DNA from: Ruditapes philippinarum
Lineage: Eukaryota
Length of the DNA: 64,000 bases
Direction of reading: 5' to 3'
Assembly: GCF_026571515.1 (NCBI RefSeq)
Contig: NW_026860085.1
Location: forward strand, 124,001 to 188,000
How positions within the stretch are numbered: position 1 is the stretch's first letter; every line of letters starts with the position of its first letter. The notes under the pieces were generated by a model. It did not search any database. It saw nothing but the letters and a program-made list of their open reading frames with translations, and was not told the DNA's origin. The position numbers were made by a program, and so were the translations under genes. This document shows positions 27,201-39,950 of this stretch, in pieces.

Positions 27201-30200
27201 AGAAAACATCTTGCAAGTTATCTACCTTCAAAATATGAAAAACATTTGTCAATAAATAAAGGCTGTAAAAGTGTAGAAATCTATTTTAGAACTGGTGACC
27301 TTGACCCAACTGAACCATAACTCCATCCAAAGGAGAAGACCTCAATTCCATGTTCCTACCAAATATAAAAGACATCTTTCAAAAGAATAATGTTAAAACA
27401 CCTGTAAACATGTAAAAATCTATTTTGGCATTGGTGACTTTGGCCTTTACCCACAGGACCCCCAATTAAACCCAAAGCAAGAGGACCCCCCTTGGCATGT
27501 TTGTATTAAACATGAAATACATAATCTTAACAATAAAAGCTTAATGAGCAAAAATGTTATAAAAAATTCACACCAGTGACCTTGACACTAGAGACCCTTT
27601 ACTCCATAAAAAATACACGGCCATTAATGGTTTTCACCTACCAGATATGGAAGATATCATTAAATAATTTTTTAAGATAAATCCAACTTACCGGAATAGG
27701 TTAACCATACAAGGTCCTATTTTCAAAGTGAAAAAAAAGGAATATAACTTGGGAAAATGGATGGCAATCATGAACTTTTTCTAAATAAGTAAGCTTTAGG
27801 CTATAAGACTACAAAGTTAAGTGCCCTCAAGGTAAAGGCGTTTTTTTTCTCCATAATCATGCATGTGTATGTGCTTTTGCACGACCTTTCATAGTGATTT
27901 TACTGTATTTTAAATTGTTTCCATATTTATAATATAAGTTTCTAACTTTAAGCTACTAGGCTGCCGACTCTAAGCTGTTAGATTGCCAACTTCAGGTTGC
28001 AAAGCTGGCATCGATAGGCTGTTAGGATGTTAGGCGACTTCCTCAGGATACTAGGCTACCAACGTTAGGTTAACAGGGCGTTAGGCAAACTCTTAAGGTC
28101 CAGGTCGTCAGCAATTTAGGCTTCCTCTTCCGACAGCGAGTCAATTTGCCTCCTCAGTCAACTAGGCCATCAGACTGCCACCTCAGGCAGCCTGTCTCCT
28201 CTGCCATTTTACAGACACAATTGTACTAAACTATTTACAGAACAATGTCAATTTTGCAGTTTCATTCAAATAGTAGACAATTGTATCAATATGTACAATG
28301 TACATGTACTTGTATAAGATCAGCTAAAAATCGAACGCAAATCAATATACATTTATTTACAAGATGAGTCTTATCGCCGCCTAAATTGTAGCGCAGTTCC
28401 ATATATAATAAATTCACTCGCTTTCAAATTGAGTAGGCAGATTTAATTAATATGATCCAACAATAAAACTTGAGTTCAACATAAAATTACATCTTGCGAC
28501 ATTTAACGGTAGTGTTGCGACATTTAACGGTAAGGGAAATTCGTGCGACATTTAACGTTAACATTGCGACATTTAACGTCAAATGATTTTGCGATATTTA
28601 GCGGCGGTTGCGACATTTAGCGTCAATGGTGCGACATTTAGCGGCAAGTGCGACATTTAGCGGCGTTGCGACATATAACGGCGCCACAGGGACCGACAGT
28701 TAAGCAAAGAGTTCGTCATTCTTTGAAATAAAATATAAATATATTATTCATACGACCATTTTGGAAGCATTCTTTTTCAAAATTTAAACAATAATTGTAT
28801 GAAATCCAGGCAAAAGCCTATAACGAAATTAGAATACTAACATAGATCAGATGGGGCTCTTAAAGCTACAGTCTCACTTACATCCCGGCAGAGCCCCGGC
28901 AGAGCCCCGGCAGAGCCCCGGTAGACGTCCGGGGTGATCCGGGAACGACCGGGGTACGACCGGGAACAACCGGGGTACATCCGTAACTCTGCCGGCAACG
29001 TCCTGGATGATCCGGGATGATCCGGGAACATCCGGCATTCGACCCAGGATGGAATAAAATATTTAATATCACCGGGGTGTTCCGGGATGATCCGGGAAGG
29101 TATAGCTTTGCCGGCTTCATCCTTTGCTCTGCTGGGAACGACCGGGGTTATACCGGGAAAGCACCGTAGCTCTGCCGGCACAAACCGGGGATGATCCAGG
29201 GTATGATATAGCCGGTAGAGCTACAATAGTGCTACGGTAGAGCCCCGGTATATGCCGTCAGAGCCCCGGTAACTACAGGCAGAGCCCCGGAGGATAAAGG
29301 TAGAGCTACGGTTGATCCCGGTAGAGCCCCGGCAAAGCCCGGATCATTTCAAAAGAATAACGACAATTTGCGATGATTGTACTTGTTTGTATTAAAAGTC
29401 TTCCCATTTCCCTTCTATCCAGTATGGCATAAGGATTTTTCAGAAAATCATCATGAATTACTATTCTGGAACAATAGATATTATATTAAATAAAAATTAT
29501 GTATCAATGTTATCATTTTCGGGCGTTTTCAATCCACCGGGGTTCTACCGGGGCTCTGCCTGGATCGTCCTGGGCTCTGCCGGGGCTCTGCCGGGGCTCT
29601 GCCGGGGCTCTGCCTGGATCGACCTGGGCTCTGTCTGGGTCAACCGGGGCTCTTCCGGCGTCATCCGGGAACAACTGGAGAAGCACCGGCATGAACCGTA
29701 GCTTCACCTGGGCTCTGCCTGGATGATCCGGAGCGCATCCTGGGTGGTTAGTAGGGAACTACCGTAGTGCTGCCGGTGTAAGTGTGACCGCAACAATAAT
29801 TTCATCCCGGATCGTCCCGGATCATCCCGGTAACTTACCGGGATGGTCCTGGGCTCTGCCGGGAGTAAGTGAGACCGAGGCTTAAATCAGAAAGATAAAC
29901 AAAACAATAAAATAGACTAAAAATGAATTGAAAATCGTAATCTTAAGATATTTTGCGCACATGTTATTGGTCTAGACCTACATCAAATGGAACATTAATC
30001 TCGATTAAAAATATTTCCAGTCCGTCGTGTAAAAACACAACGGAGTCCCTTTTAATGCAGAATTTTATAAGCAAGTAAATATAATTCATGCGCTTTGTCT
30101 AAATCCTTTTCTGTGACAATGCCAATGTATGTTGACTGATTTTATAAGACAGTTCCATTGGCGCGATTTGGGTGGTTACGGTCGTTGATTTAAAAAAAAC

Positions 30201-32901
30201 AATTGCCCCTCATCGCAGTTGGTTTGAATCCCGACAGGGATTTTGCATTCTTTCATGTGAGGAAGTTATCTAGCTAGCTTACATAACCTTGGTTGTTCAT
30301 CTCAGGTGCCCGTTCATGCCCGAAATAATGCAAGGGAGAGCACCTGAGATCTTCATCCGCCAGTAAAGCTGAGAAGTCGCCATATGACCTATAATGTGTT
30401 GGTGCGACTTAAAACCCAACTAAAAATAAATACTAGAGAAAATAAAAGGAAACGAAAACTTGAAACAGCACATTTGGATAAATCATTTCTTTTACTTCTT
30501 TATTTTCATAGATTTATATACTCAAGAAAATGCCAAGAAATCAAGAAATTTAAAATGGGAAATCTTGTTGGAAACACAGATATTGCAATGTTTGAAAAAG
30601 GTAAACCAAGCATTTATTACACGGATATATATCCAGTCTTCGTTTTTGAATTTGAAAAATGAACATGTCAAGCTATTAATGAATACATAAATGTTTTTAT
30701 CTTATAAATTTTATTTCTGAAAGAATATATAAGATGCTGCAAAATGTAGAAATGATTGTTCAAACAACACATAGACGCTTGAATTTTTCAATCAATTTCC
30801 TGATACAATGAGTTTGTCCGGTGGATTTGCTTTTTTTTAATTGGAACAATCCATTCTTATATGTAATCATATATCTATATAGGTTGTTCAATATAAAATG
30901 CGAAATTTAACTAGACTACATGTATATACACAAAAAAGAATTTGGTCAGACTGTACTTTACCTGAATGTTTGGTAGGCAAACACATTGTTTATGATCCGA
31001 ATAAAATATTGAAATATTTAATAGATTTATATGGTGGCATATTTCTGCCACCAGATAACCTGATAACTATCTAGTTAGTTATCAGGTTAACTAGTTGCGT
31101 AACTACTTAACCTCTTAATTAACTAGTTAGGTATCAGGTTAACTAGTTACGTAACTAGTTAACCTCTTAATTAACTAGTTAGGTATCAGGTTAACTAGTT
31201 ACCTAACTAGTTAACCTCTTAATTAACTAGTTAGGTATCAGGCTATCTGGTGGCAGAAATATGCCACCATAGATTTATTATAATGTTACTGTTATTTAAT
31301 ATATTAAACACATTTAAATGTTTAGTACGTCCTCTTTACAAATGGAAAATTCATAGAGCGATAGTTTCAAGGTGGCGCGATAGCTCAGTTGGTTAGACCA
31401 CTGACTGTCACTCCTGAGGTTCCGGGTTCGATCCTGGGTAACACCCTTGGGATTTTTCAGAGACACTTTCAGTGTTTCCCACCTACCTAGAGGTTTACTG
31501 GTAAGAAACCCAGGTAATCCTCGCATGTATCAGTGCTATACACTGGGCATGTAAAAGAACCAGGGGGTCTTTTCAATAAGAGCTAGGGATTGGTTCCCGG
31601 ACTCCATTGTATCTCATAGCTGTCTCTAGAGTCTGGTGAGGTAAGGATCCTACTGGAAATAAGTGCTTGCACTTTCGTAGGTTATCCTTGACCGCCCGGT
31701 CTAAAGAAAATCAATATCGATCAATCAATCAATAGTATATTCGTGTGTTATAGTTCTTTAAACCTGCTGCTACCCATGCGACCGGTGCAGACTGCAGACC
31801 AATATCATCTGGCACATTAATTGGGTCTGAGCATGGTCTGTACTGTTCGCTATTCAGTTAGTAAACATTTTGAAATTTAACCAGAAATGTTGTCCAGATT
31901 GAAAGATATACGTGTTCATTTAAGATATACAGTATAGCGGAAAAAGTACTTTATTTGATTTATATCTATTATTACATTCTGTATTTCTATATAAAATGTG
32001 ATGGGTTACATGAATTGAAAATTAAAACATTAATTATGATACTTTTTTGTATTACACAGAAATGGATGATGGGAAAACGGAGCGTATAATGTTTTTCTCA
32101 GAGCGCCCTGAAGACTATGTATTCTTTATGTCCTGCACGGATATGAAGACGTCACCATACGCGTGTAGAGATTCTTATTATGTCACATTAGATACAACAC
32201 ATGACCCACCAAATCAGTTTCCGTGGGCCGATGCAGCAAATGAACTAGAGTCCAAACTTAGCATAACTTTTGAGGATCCGAGATTTATTTTCAACTTCGT
32301 ACTCTTGCGTAAGTTTTTTTTTCATTGTATGTTAATCAATTTGTGAAACGTCTGTGTAATAGATGGAAATTATGTTGCATACATAGATTTTAACTTCTTG
32401 TTTGTATTTTCTATGCAATACTTTTGCAGAAACTTGTATTCTGGAACCATTTTGGAAGAAAAAACTGTGTTACTAACGTCTCAACCACATGAAACTGCAT
32501 GTCCTTGCCTTTCACAATGCTCTGTGATTTTGTTTCCATTATTCATAATTTTCGTTATATGTAAGCGTTATCAGCTAAATCTAAATTGTATTTCAACATA
32601 AACTAGTATGGAAATGATTTTAATGATATTTACCTTCTATGATAAAAGAAATCAACAAAGCTTAGAAAAATCCTAATCAAATATTGCTATATACAGAATC
32701 CTGTTTTAATTGTTTGAGGAAGTTTCTGAAATATATTTTACATTTATAAGATATATCTATGGTACTTTATACACGTGCTTACATTTTGTTGACAACTTTG
32801 TGAAAGGCTTTAAAATACAACGATGCTATTTGTTTGCTGTAATTGCACTGTTAGATTCATATTTCTTTAATTTTATTGCAGCTTGTGCTAGAAGGTCATG
32901 A
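21287..32901 (+). CDS. Secreted ~788-aa protein: signal peptide, N/S/D/E/H-rich repeats, Thr-rich linker, divergent lipocalin (RBP4/ApoD-like) C-terminal domain
   Basis: GT-AG exons 21287-22904, 23586-23845, 24546-24676, 30512-30600, 32060-32308, 32882-32901 total 2367 nt, in frame with phases 1,0,2,1,1. N-terminus MKFNRNCLFCVILILTISFSEA. C-terminus ...DYVFFMSCTDMKTSPYACRDSYYVTL...LLPCARRS*. The gap in intron 1 could hide an extra exon. Confidence 0.8.
22070..22700 (+). repeat. Coding 30-bp (10-aa) degenerate tandem repeat, consensus ~[IV]EHSDVPAN[VG]
   Basis: IEHSDVQADV IGQSDVPSNH IEHSGVPVNG VEHIDVQANG VEHSVFPSNV IEHSDVPANE VESNEVPANV. Confidence 0.85.
22983..23412. other. Assembly gap (N run)
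   Basis: Run of n. Confidence 1.
23432..23535. repeat. Compound (CATA)n/(CACG)n microsatellite
   Basis: Directly visible next to the gap. Confidence 0.95.
23940..24075 (-). mobile_element. tRNA-derived SINE fragment
   Basis: Minus strand ggggagcggttgcctcgtggttaaggtgtctgcc...gagttcgagccc (A/B boxes); related heads at ~1790-1830 (-), ~13070 (+) and ~60365 (+). Confidence 0.6.
25913..26100. mobile_element. Palindromic MITE with GAG...CTC ends and 4-bp TSD atat (Sola2-like), nested
   Basis: Long IR arms (gacaaaaccaacataatgggtttgcga...tcgcaaacccattatgttggttttgtc); internally deleted relative of 47621-47855. Confidence 0.85.
26198..26530 (+). mobile_element. Degenerate tRNA-derived SINE (Deu/Nin-domain-like), nested
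   Basis: tRNA-like head (gacttgtaacct...ggttctattcccgggctggc) followed by ctttcggatga...ttggcacgttaaagaa. Confidence 0.5.
28864..29882. mobile_element. GC-rich non-autonomous PIF/Harbinger-like element
   Basis: TAA on both flanks; imperfect TIR agctacagtctcacttac.. / ..gtaagtgagaccgaggct; 11-bp subrepeats (ccggcagagcc) inverted between the two arms around an AT-rich centre. Confidence 0.75.
30160..30430 (+). mobile_element. tRNA-derived SINE (Meta-SINE-like), degenerate copy
   Basis: Reverse-complement homologue of 14505-14778. Confidence 0.8.
31030..31271. mobile_element. MITE with TATGG...CCATA ends and 6-bp TSD (IS3EU-like)
   Basis: TIR tatggtggcatatttctgccaccagata / tatctggtggcagaaatatgccaccata; TSD gattta; interior of ~55-bp self-palindromic tandem units. 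Confidence 0.8.
31371..31733 (+). mobile_element. tRNA-derived SINE (Asp-like head)
   Basis: A box tagctcagttgg, B box ggttcgatcc, broken acceptor stem, gcatgtaaaagaacc core, (tcaa)n tail. Confidence 0.8.
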
Positions 32902-34576
32902 TGGAGCTGACAAACTGAGATAATAATGATGCCAAATGTTCTCTGGAACAAATTTGAGAACTCATGTGTACATGTAAAATCTGTGATGAATAATATATCT
33001 AATGTAACTGATGAATCAGAGAAATACGACAATAGTATTTAGGGTTATGTAATAAAAACAGATCATCTGAATAATTGTTATAAAAGGTGCTGTAATTGAC
33101 ACAGACACGGATGGGGAATCATCTGAATAAATATTATAAAGGACGCTGCAACTAACATATAGACACGGAGTGGCAAGGAAAATAATGTATAGATCAATAT
33201 TTTACATGCCCATTCTAAGGCGGTGCTCCCGGTTTCTCCTTCTTTGTTTTGTTTCTTTTTTTTGTCTTCATTACCACACACCTTGCCCTGTCTTTGTGTA
33301 TTTTACTTGGAGAGTGTAGTCTTGGTTGTCTTTGATAACTTATGAGGCGGAGATGAAACATTCCCAAGTTAAACATCATCTCGCGGTGAATATCTTCCAA
33401 TTAAACAAAACAAGTTTAACTAGTGAAATATCAAACTTCGGAGTCAATCGGGTGTTCTAAGATTTATTACATTTAACCCAATGTGTCATATACTCATTAA
33501 TGCTATATGGAGGATTTTTTTTTTTTTTTTTTTTTGGAGCCCGTCGAGTATTTTGTATTTATAAACACTGTTGTCCATGACTTACTGAGACAGTTCTTGT
33601 AACTTATTCAGCGTTCTTACTAATGTCTAGTCGAAATGGTAGCCTTAATTGATAATGTAGGTTGTTAGGAAATGGTTGATGAAAAGTATATATTGACAAA
33701 CAATTATAATGTGTTTCCATTATTTGCTGTTTCTTCTATGTACATAAATGTTTTATCGACTTTTTCCTCTGTTGAACACTTTAACCCTCCAACATCAACT
33801 GCAGCCGTTGTTGGAAAGTTTCTGGAACACGAAAGTAAAAAAAAAACGGGTATTAGTTTGAGTGATATTTACTGTATTACACGACTTCTATTTCCCATTT
33901 TATTATGTCTTTTAACATAACAATGAGCGTTAATATATATTGCAACCGGTTGAGAAGCAATATATTGTACCAGTAATTGTAGAAAATTAATATACATATG
34001 TAAACCATTGTTGTATTTAAAAAGGTTTCTTTACAAAACATTTTCTAAAACCACAACATAAAATGACCGTGATTGTCATAAAAAATAGTGAAAAATGGCT
34101 GGTGTCTCTCAAAACCAATCTCATATTGCAAGAACTTGTTGCCTAACCCATTTGCATTTTGATATATACTCATTATTTGTATAATATGTTTTTAAACATG
34201 TATTTAATGCAATGAAATATGTTTAAACTAAAAAACTTAAAACGCTATAAATGTGAAATAAAATAAGATTGTTGCATTAACGAAAGATGCATATATCACG
34301 TTGTAAACGACTTACTAGTTCCTCCCTGTGGTCAGTCTGTCAGGGTGTATAATTCTGAAATAAAGCGTTAATCAAAGGCATGTGTTTTATAATCAAGGTT
34401 CATATACATGAAGGTTTATATTGAACCTTAATTAGCGCTGTTTTCATGCATTCATATATACAAATGTAAAATCAGAAATACCTTACATAAACTGATAAAT
34501 TGTATAGAAATATCTAAATAGTTTCTAAAATATAAAGAAGATAATGTAATTCCTATCCCCGACATTAACAAATCAT

Positions 34577-37500
34577 CTATTTACATTCCTCTAACGATAT
34601 ACCCGACCTGTTGGGGAAATACAAAATATAGATGAAACTCTGAATGTGACGGGTATACCAGTTATATTGACAAAACGATGGTTCGTTGAGATTGTATACT
34701 TATACATGACAGCTAACGTTTTTCTTGTCTTTAATAAGTAGCAGAGAATTTCTCATTTCACCGATGTATTCTAACTGTAACAAAACATTACAAAAATATT
34801 TAATTGTATTATGACTTAGGAGATAGTCTGACTAGATTTGCAACAAAAAGAAAGAAAAGATGAAGTATCTCAACTTACAAATGACAGTTTGGTGACGTCT
34901 TGATATAAACAATGCCATTTCTCACTATAAACGCTTGCAGGTTTGGACACGTGCCATCAACAGCTGTTGTACCACTCGATGTTTGTATTTCAAACAAGTT
35001 GCTGTAAATGATTTTCGGAAATTCTCTTTTAGCGATATCATTTAAGTCTAGTCGGAAATTATATTTCCGACTGAATGTACATGTACAATATCGTAAATAG
35101 CTCTATGCAAAATATGTAAATCTGAACAGAATTATATGTAAGAAAAAACACAATAATATATCACGATGAGAGAAAAGGAAAACAAACATATATCTTCTTA
35201 CGATGCTCCTTTTCCCTGACTGTTTGGCCCCGTACCCCTTTTTCAACTGCTTTTGGCAAATTCTTAAATTAACAGACCCTACCAACTTTTATAAACATGA
35301 ATTTGAATATCCCTTACTTTATAACAATAAATAACAAAGATAATGGTATAGGTCATATTTTGTAATTCACATTAATATGGTGCATATAAATTACAACTTT
35401 GCTCACATTGTGCAACATGTAATAACAATCAATAATGTTTTCTATTAAAGACGGTGCTAGCGGGTGCTTTAACTGTCTTTAAAGATCCTGTAATACAATT
35501 TTTTTATGGTTTTATATCATAAATATGATGCTCAAGTTAAGATTTATCAATTTTGTAAGTTCCAAAAAGCATTATTTATAATGATATTACCGAATTTAAC
35601 AGTTCATGTAAATAAAGAGAGGTAATAAAAGCTTTATTTTTTATAAAGTCTAATTCAATTGTTTCAATAAGAAATGAATGCATATATTTTAATGATTAAA
35701 TATAATATGTACAAATATTTGTAGTACATATTTTACATATTCTTCGATGTCTGAAAACTGTTTTATAAGCATAAATTTATACATATATATAATTTCACTT
35801 GGTATACAACCTCAATTAAAACGTAAAGGATCTTTAATTTATCATGATGATCATATAGCCTTTGAACATTTACAATTCTTGGTTGTCATTATCCTAGAAA
35901 TGTTTTTTAAGAATTTAACTGATATCAAGAAGTCCATACGTATCATATTTGATTCTATCTACAAATATGATGTTTAAAAGAAACCTGCCCCGTTAAATCA
36001 ACGTTAAGATGAAACCTGCAGAATTGTTGTTGTTGTGTTTGCGAATTTGTTCATAAAAGACAATGAAACGAGCAATTGCTGACATTAATGTCCTCCACCA
36101 AGTTACAGCGACTTGAACAGTACACTTTATTCATATTTAATTGGAATAGGTGATCCGGACGGATCAACCAAATGTTACAAGAAAATTATGTAAAAAAGGT
36201 ACATTTCAGTTTTATTGTTTTGTAAAATTATAATAAAAGATAATGGTATAATTACATTTTTTTTCAAAATTATGATTTTTGAAGACGTTACTTACAACTG
36301 ACAGTTCATCTCAACATCAAAGATAACTTTATTGCCTTCAATACGGAACGGAAAACGTGCACATGGTCCATGCTGTATTCCTTCAGGAACTTCAGGTTGT
36401 TCACCACCATCTGGTCCTGCCATTCCTTCACCCATTTCATACTGAGAACCAATGCTGCTTGGAATATCTACATCGGGCTGATCACTTCCAGTTTCAACTC
36501 CTGAAGTACTTTTGTTATATGGGCTACTGCCGCCAGAAGCAATGCTTGAACTTTGTGTTTTGACTATAGGATTAGTTTTACCTTGACTAGCATTTTCATT
36601 TGAGCCTTTACTTGATGTCCCCTTTGCGCTAGCATTCGAACTAGCTGATAATCCCCTAACTGTTTTGACATTTACTTGCTGACCAGTTTCTAAGCCGGAA
36701 TTAGCTGGTTTATTACCATAACTAGCCTCTAAGCTTTGTGGTTTTGAACTTGCTTTGGTATCAGAGTTTGATGGTTTACCCGCTGATCCATCATAGACGT
36801 CAATTGGTATATTCTGAGATACTGTATCTACACCAGTAGATGTTTCCTTTGATTCAGCAACGGTACTAGATGATTCATTCATAGACCAATTACTATAGCC
36901 TTTAGACTGATCATATGATCTTATTTCAGGGACAGTTAATTGTTTACTAGATGTAGCGGGCTTGGCTAGTTTGGTTGATTTTTTGGGAACCCCAGGCCTA
37001 AAAACCTTAGATGATAAATAATTTTCCCATTTCTGAGCTAGGGGAACTAGTATTTTGGTTTTCCCTACCCCATTAAACTGACCTTTTTGACTGATTTTTT
37101 AACTCGATCCTTTTAGACCGATCATATGATTCCATTTCGGAGCCAGATAATTGCTCAGAAGCTGTAGTGACTGAACTATTGGACGTTTTGGTAGACTCCA
37201 CACTTGATTGGTTGGATTCCGATTTGGGAGCAGTTAACTGTTCGCTAGTTACCGCCTCTTTCGAGTTTATACTTGATTCTGTGTCGTTATAAGTTTGCTC
37301 GACTTTAGAAGCAGATTGTTGCGCACTTGATCCATTATTTTTACCAAATTGTATTTGGCTAGATCCGGTTTTGGAGACAAGTGTATTTGAATTAGATTTA
37401 GATTTAATTGTTACTATATTTGGTTGTATATCATAGTTTGTGGCTTGTCCGCCTAATAAAGTATTAGGTTGTCCTGACTGTACAGGTAAAGTCGGTACAT

Positions 37501-38542
37501 CATATGATCCCGGGCTTGTGTTATTGGATTGATTGCCTGTCTCTGTTTCGTAAGAAGTATGTTTATCTCCAATACCAGCTTCAGAGGCAGTTGACATAAC
37601 ACCACTTTCAGCTTCAGTTTCTGTTGTATTTACTTCCGATTTAACTACAGCACTTGCTGCTTTTACTTCAGAAGTCACCGCTGGACTCATTTTTGATTTG
37701 GGATCAGTTAATTTTTTAGAAGAAATGGATTCAGAACTACCTTTAGTATAACCGGTGCCTGTGGCAGGTTTATTCGAAGACTCAGCAACGTAGTTGATTT
37801 GTTTCCCAGATTGACTGACATTATTTGCCGTAATTCCATCTTCTGCATAATTTATTTCTCCAGTAACAGAACTAGAGACATCAGGAGTGCCAGAATCTTG
37901 TACACCTGTACTTGATACCTTGTTAATTACTCTAGCAAACACAACACTGTTCACTGAAAATTACATCGATACATGGTGATAATTGTCCAATTAAGCGAAT
38001 ATGACAAATATTACAAAGTCATTCTAAACATGATTAAGAATTCCTTAAACAAGTATTTTTGAATAATTTTTAAACATTTTGCTATTATTTAAAAGTCAAA
38101 TAGTAGATTTCCAATTTACTGAACTTTTCTATAAATATATTCAAAATTATATACCTAAATGTGATACTAAATCAATCTGTTCGTCCAATGTCTCGTGGTC
38201 TACCTTTTTAATTTTTCTTGGCTATATTTACAGTTATGTCATTTTCAAATCTAAACAAGTATCATGCAAACAATATTTTTTCCACATTTATTTTGACCGT
38301 TTAAAAACTATGGTAAATTTTTAAAAATTTTCCATAAAAATTTTCCCCTTTTCAAAAATATATACACATAAACTTATTCTGGGGTTTTTATTGTGTGGGG
38401 TTTTTCAAACCTTTAAAAATATTTTCAGTATAGGGTTTTGCTTTTATTTATTTAAATAAATAAAAGTATTTTTTAAAAATAGTTTTACCCAGCAACAATT
38501 GAACAAGTTTAAAACCTTGTTTAAAAAATCCACCCGGGCCAT
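34577..38542 (-). CDS. Gene A: secreted Ser/Thr/Gly/Asn-rich protein with two C-terminal C-x19/20-C modules (distant paralog of B and C)
   Basis: Large exon 37953-36296 (broken by a noisy patch ~36950-37100) ending GPCARFPFRIEGNKVIFDVEMNCQ(L), phase 2. Probable small exons 36015-35985 and ~35262-35202. Clean 123-nt exon 35001-34879 (NLFEIQ...GTCPNLQAFIVRNGIVYIKTSPNCH). Candidate last exon 34607-34577. Signal exon ~38542-38489 lies in poor-quality sequence. Ends uncertain. Confidence 0.65.
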
Positions 38543-39739
38543 CGTGTTTTTTCTAAAAAGTAAAAAACACAAGAAACAATGGTTTTGTTCAAAGTAATTT
38601 TCCCTTTTTTTTTTAAAATATATTGATATGTTTTAAATATTTTCTAAAAAGAGGCGGAGCCAGTGTCACGTTGAAATCATGCAGAGATACATCAGATGAA
38701 ATAGATAAATAAAATATACTTGCATCTGTCAAGAAAAGTAAAATGCCTTTGTAAGATGGCATTTTATTTATGACACGACTTCAAAGGAGTTTTGCAGTTT
38801 GTTCAATTATCTTTACAATTAACACAATTTGTGATCATTTTTATAATACAATTAAGTAATGTTGTAATATGGACTCGGCACTTTTGGTCCGTTCCTGCAT
38901 TTTTTTTTTACATTTTATGTATTTACAAAGTCAAGGTTGGCATGTTTTGAATAACGTTTTGAATGACAAACGTTAGATATTGTTACTTAACGGCATGCTG
39001 TACATCTATAAATAGATGATGTCCTTACACCATCTTTAAGATGCCATTTTAGAAATTATACCATTTTTAAATTCATAAACAAATGAATAAGAGGAAAGTA
39101 AGTTAAAATTTATGTTTGTGACCTTTAATTTAGAAATGTGCCAAAAAACCCTAATTAATCTCTCAGTTACGCGACATTTTCAAAATTACATATGACATGT
39201 TTTAAAACATTACAACATTCAAAAGTATTGTCACTTACTATCATTCATCACGTATTTATAGTGTAAAATTACAATGCTCTGCATGAAGTCGTGTCCAATA
39301 TATGCTACTTAACTGTATTAATTTGTCAAAAATGACTTAATCGTTGATTTTAAGACTTTATTTTCATCACAGATTACGTGTCTTAAAATCACAAACAAGA
39401 TTATCTTGCACGACGTAAGTAGAACAACGTAAAGCAATGATAATAGTAAAGGTAAGTTTACCCTCATTATTCATGCACATACATGTACGTGTATTGTTAC
39501 AATGTTTATCATGTTTATATAATATAATAATAAATTATGAAGAGATTTCATTGTAATTTTGCGGAATTTTCTTTGAATTAATAGGTTCCAAAATCAATCA
39601 AATGAACACTGTGTTTTCCTGAACATATTAGCTAATGAATAAAATAGACCGTAAATACGAACATGAACATATCATCCTGCATTAATTATGACAGTAATGT
39701 TAGTTAAAACAATGAAAACAGAATATTGCATTCTATGTC

Positions 39740-39950
39740 ATGAACTTTATAGATAAATGTGATACAATATGTTGTGGACAATCTATATTCGGTTTAACCT
39801 GTTTTTGAACTGTATACTTATAAATGTGATACAATCTGATGTTTAGGTAAATGTAATAAAATCTATATTAGGTTTAATCTGTTCATTAAATGTATAGATG
39901 AATGTGACACACTGTCCGTCAGGCTGAACCTGTTCATGAACAACTGTAGA
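39740..39950. repeat. Degenerate short tandem repeat
   Basis: Recurrent aaatgtgatacaat and ggtttaacctgtt...gaac motifs. Confidence 0.5.

Larger units (their letters stand above)
24998..28688. mobile_element. 3.7-kb non-autonomous DNA transposon with ~200-bp TIRs, TGT...ACA ends and 5-bp TSD (Ginger-like)
   Basis: Near-perfect inverted ends (24998-~25200 vs ~28487-28688), each with about 10 copies of (t/a)atgtcgca; TSD gggac on both sides; no transposase ORF seen. Confidence 0.88.

Noticed and set aside
28837-29726. GC-rich ORFs with ALPGLCRGSAG repeats
   Set aside because: Translations of 11-bp subrepeats in a non-autonomous Harbinger-like element.
31371-31446. Apparent tRNA-Asp gene
   Set aside because: The acceptor and anticodon stems do not pair, and the sequence continues into a SINE body with a (tcaa)n tail.
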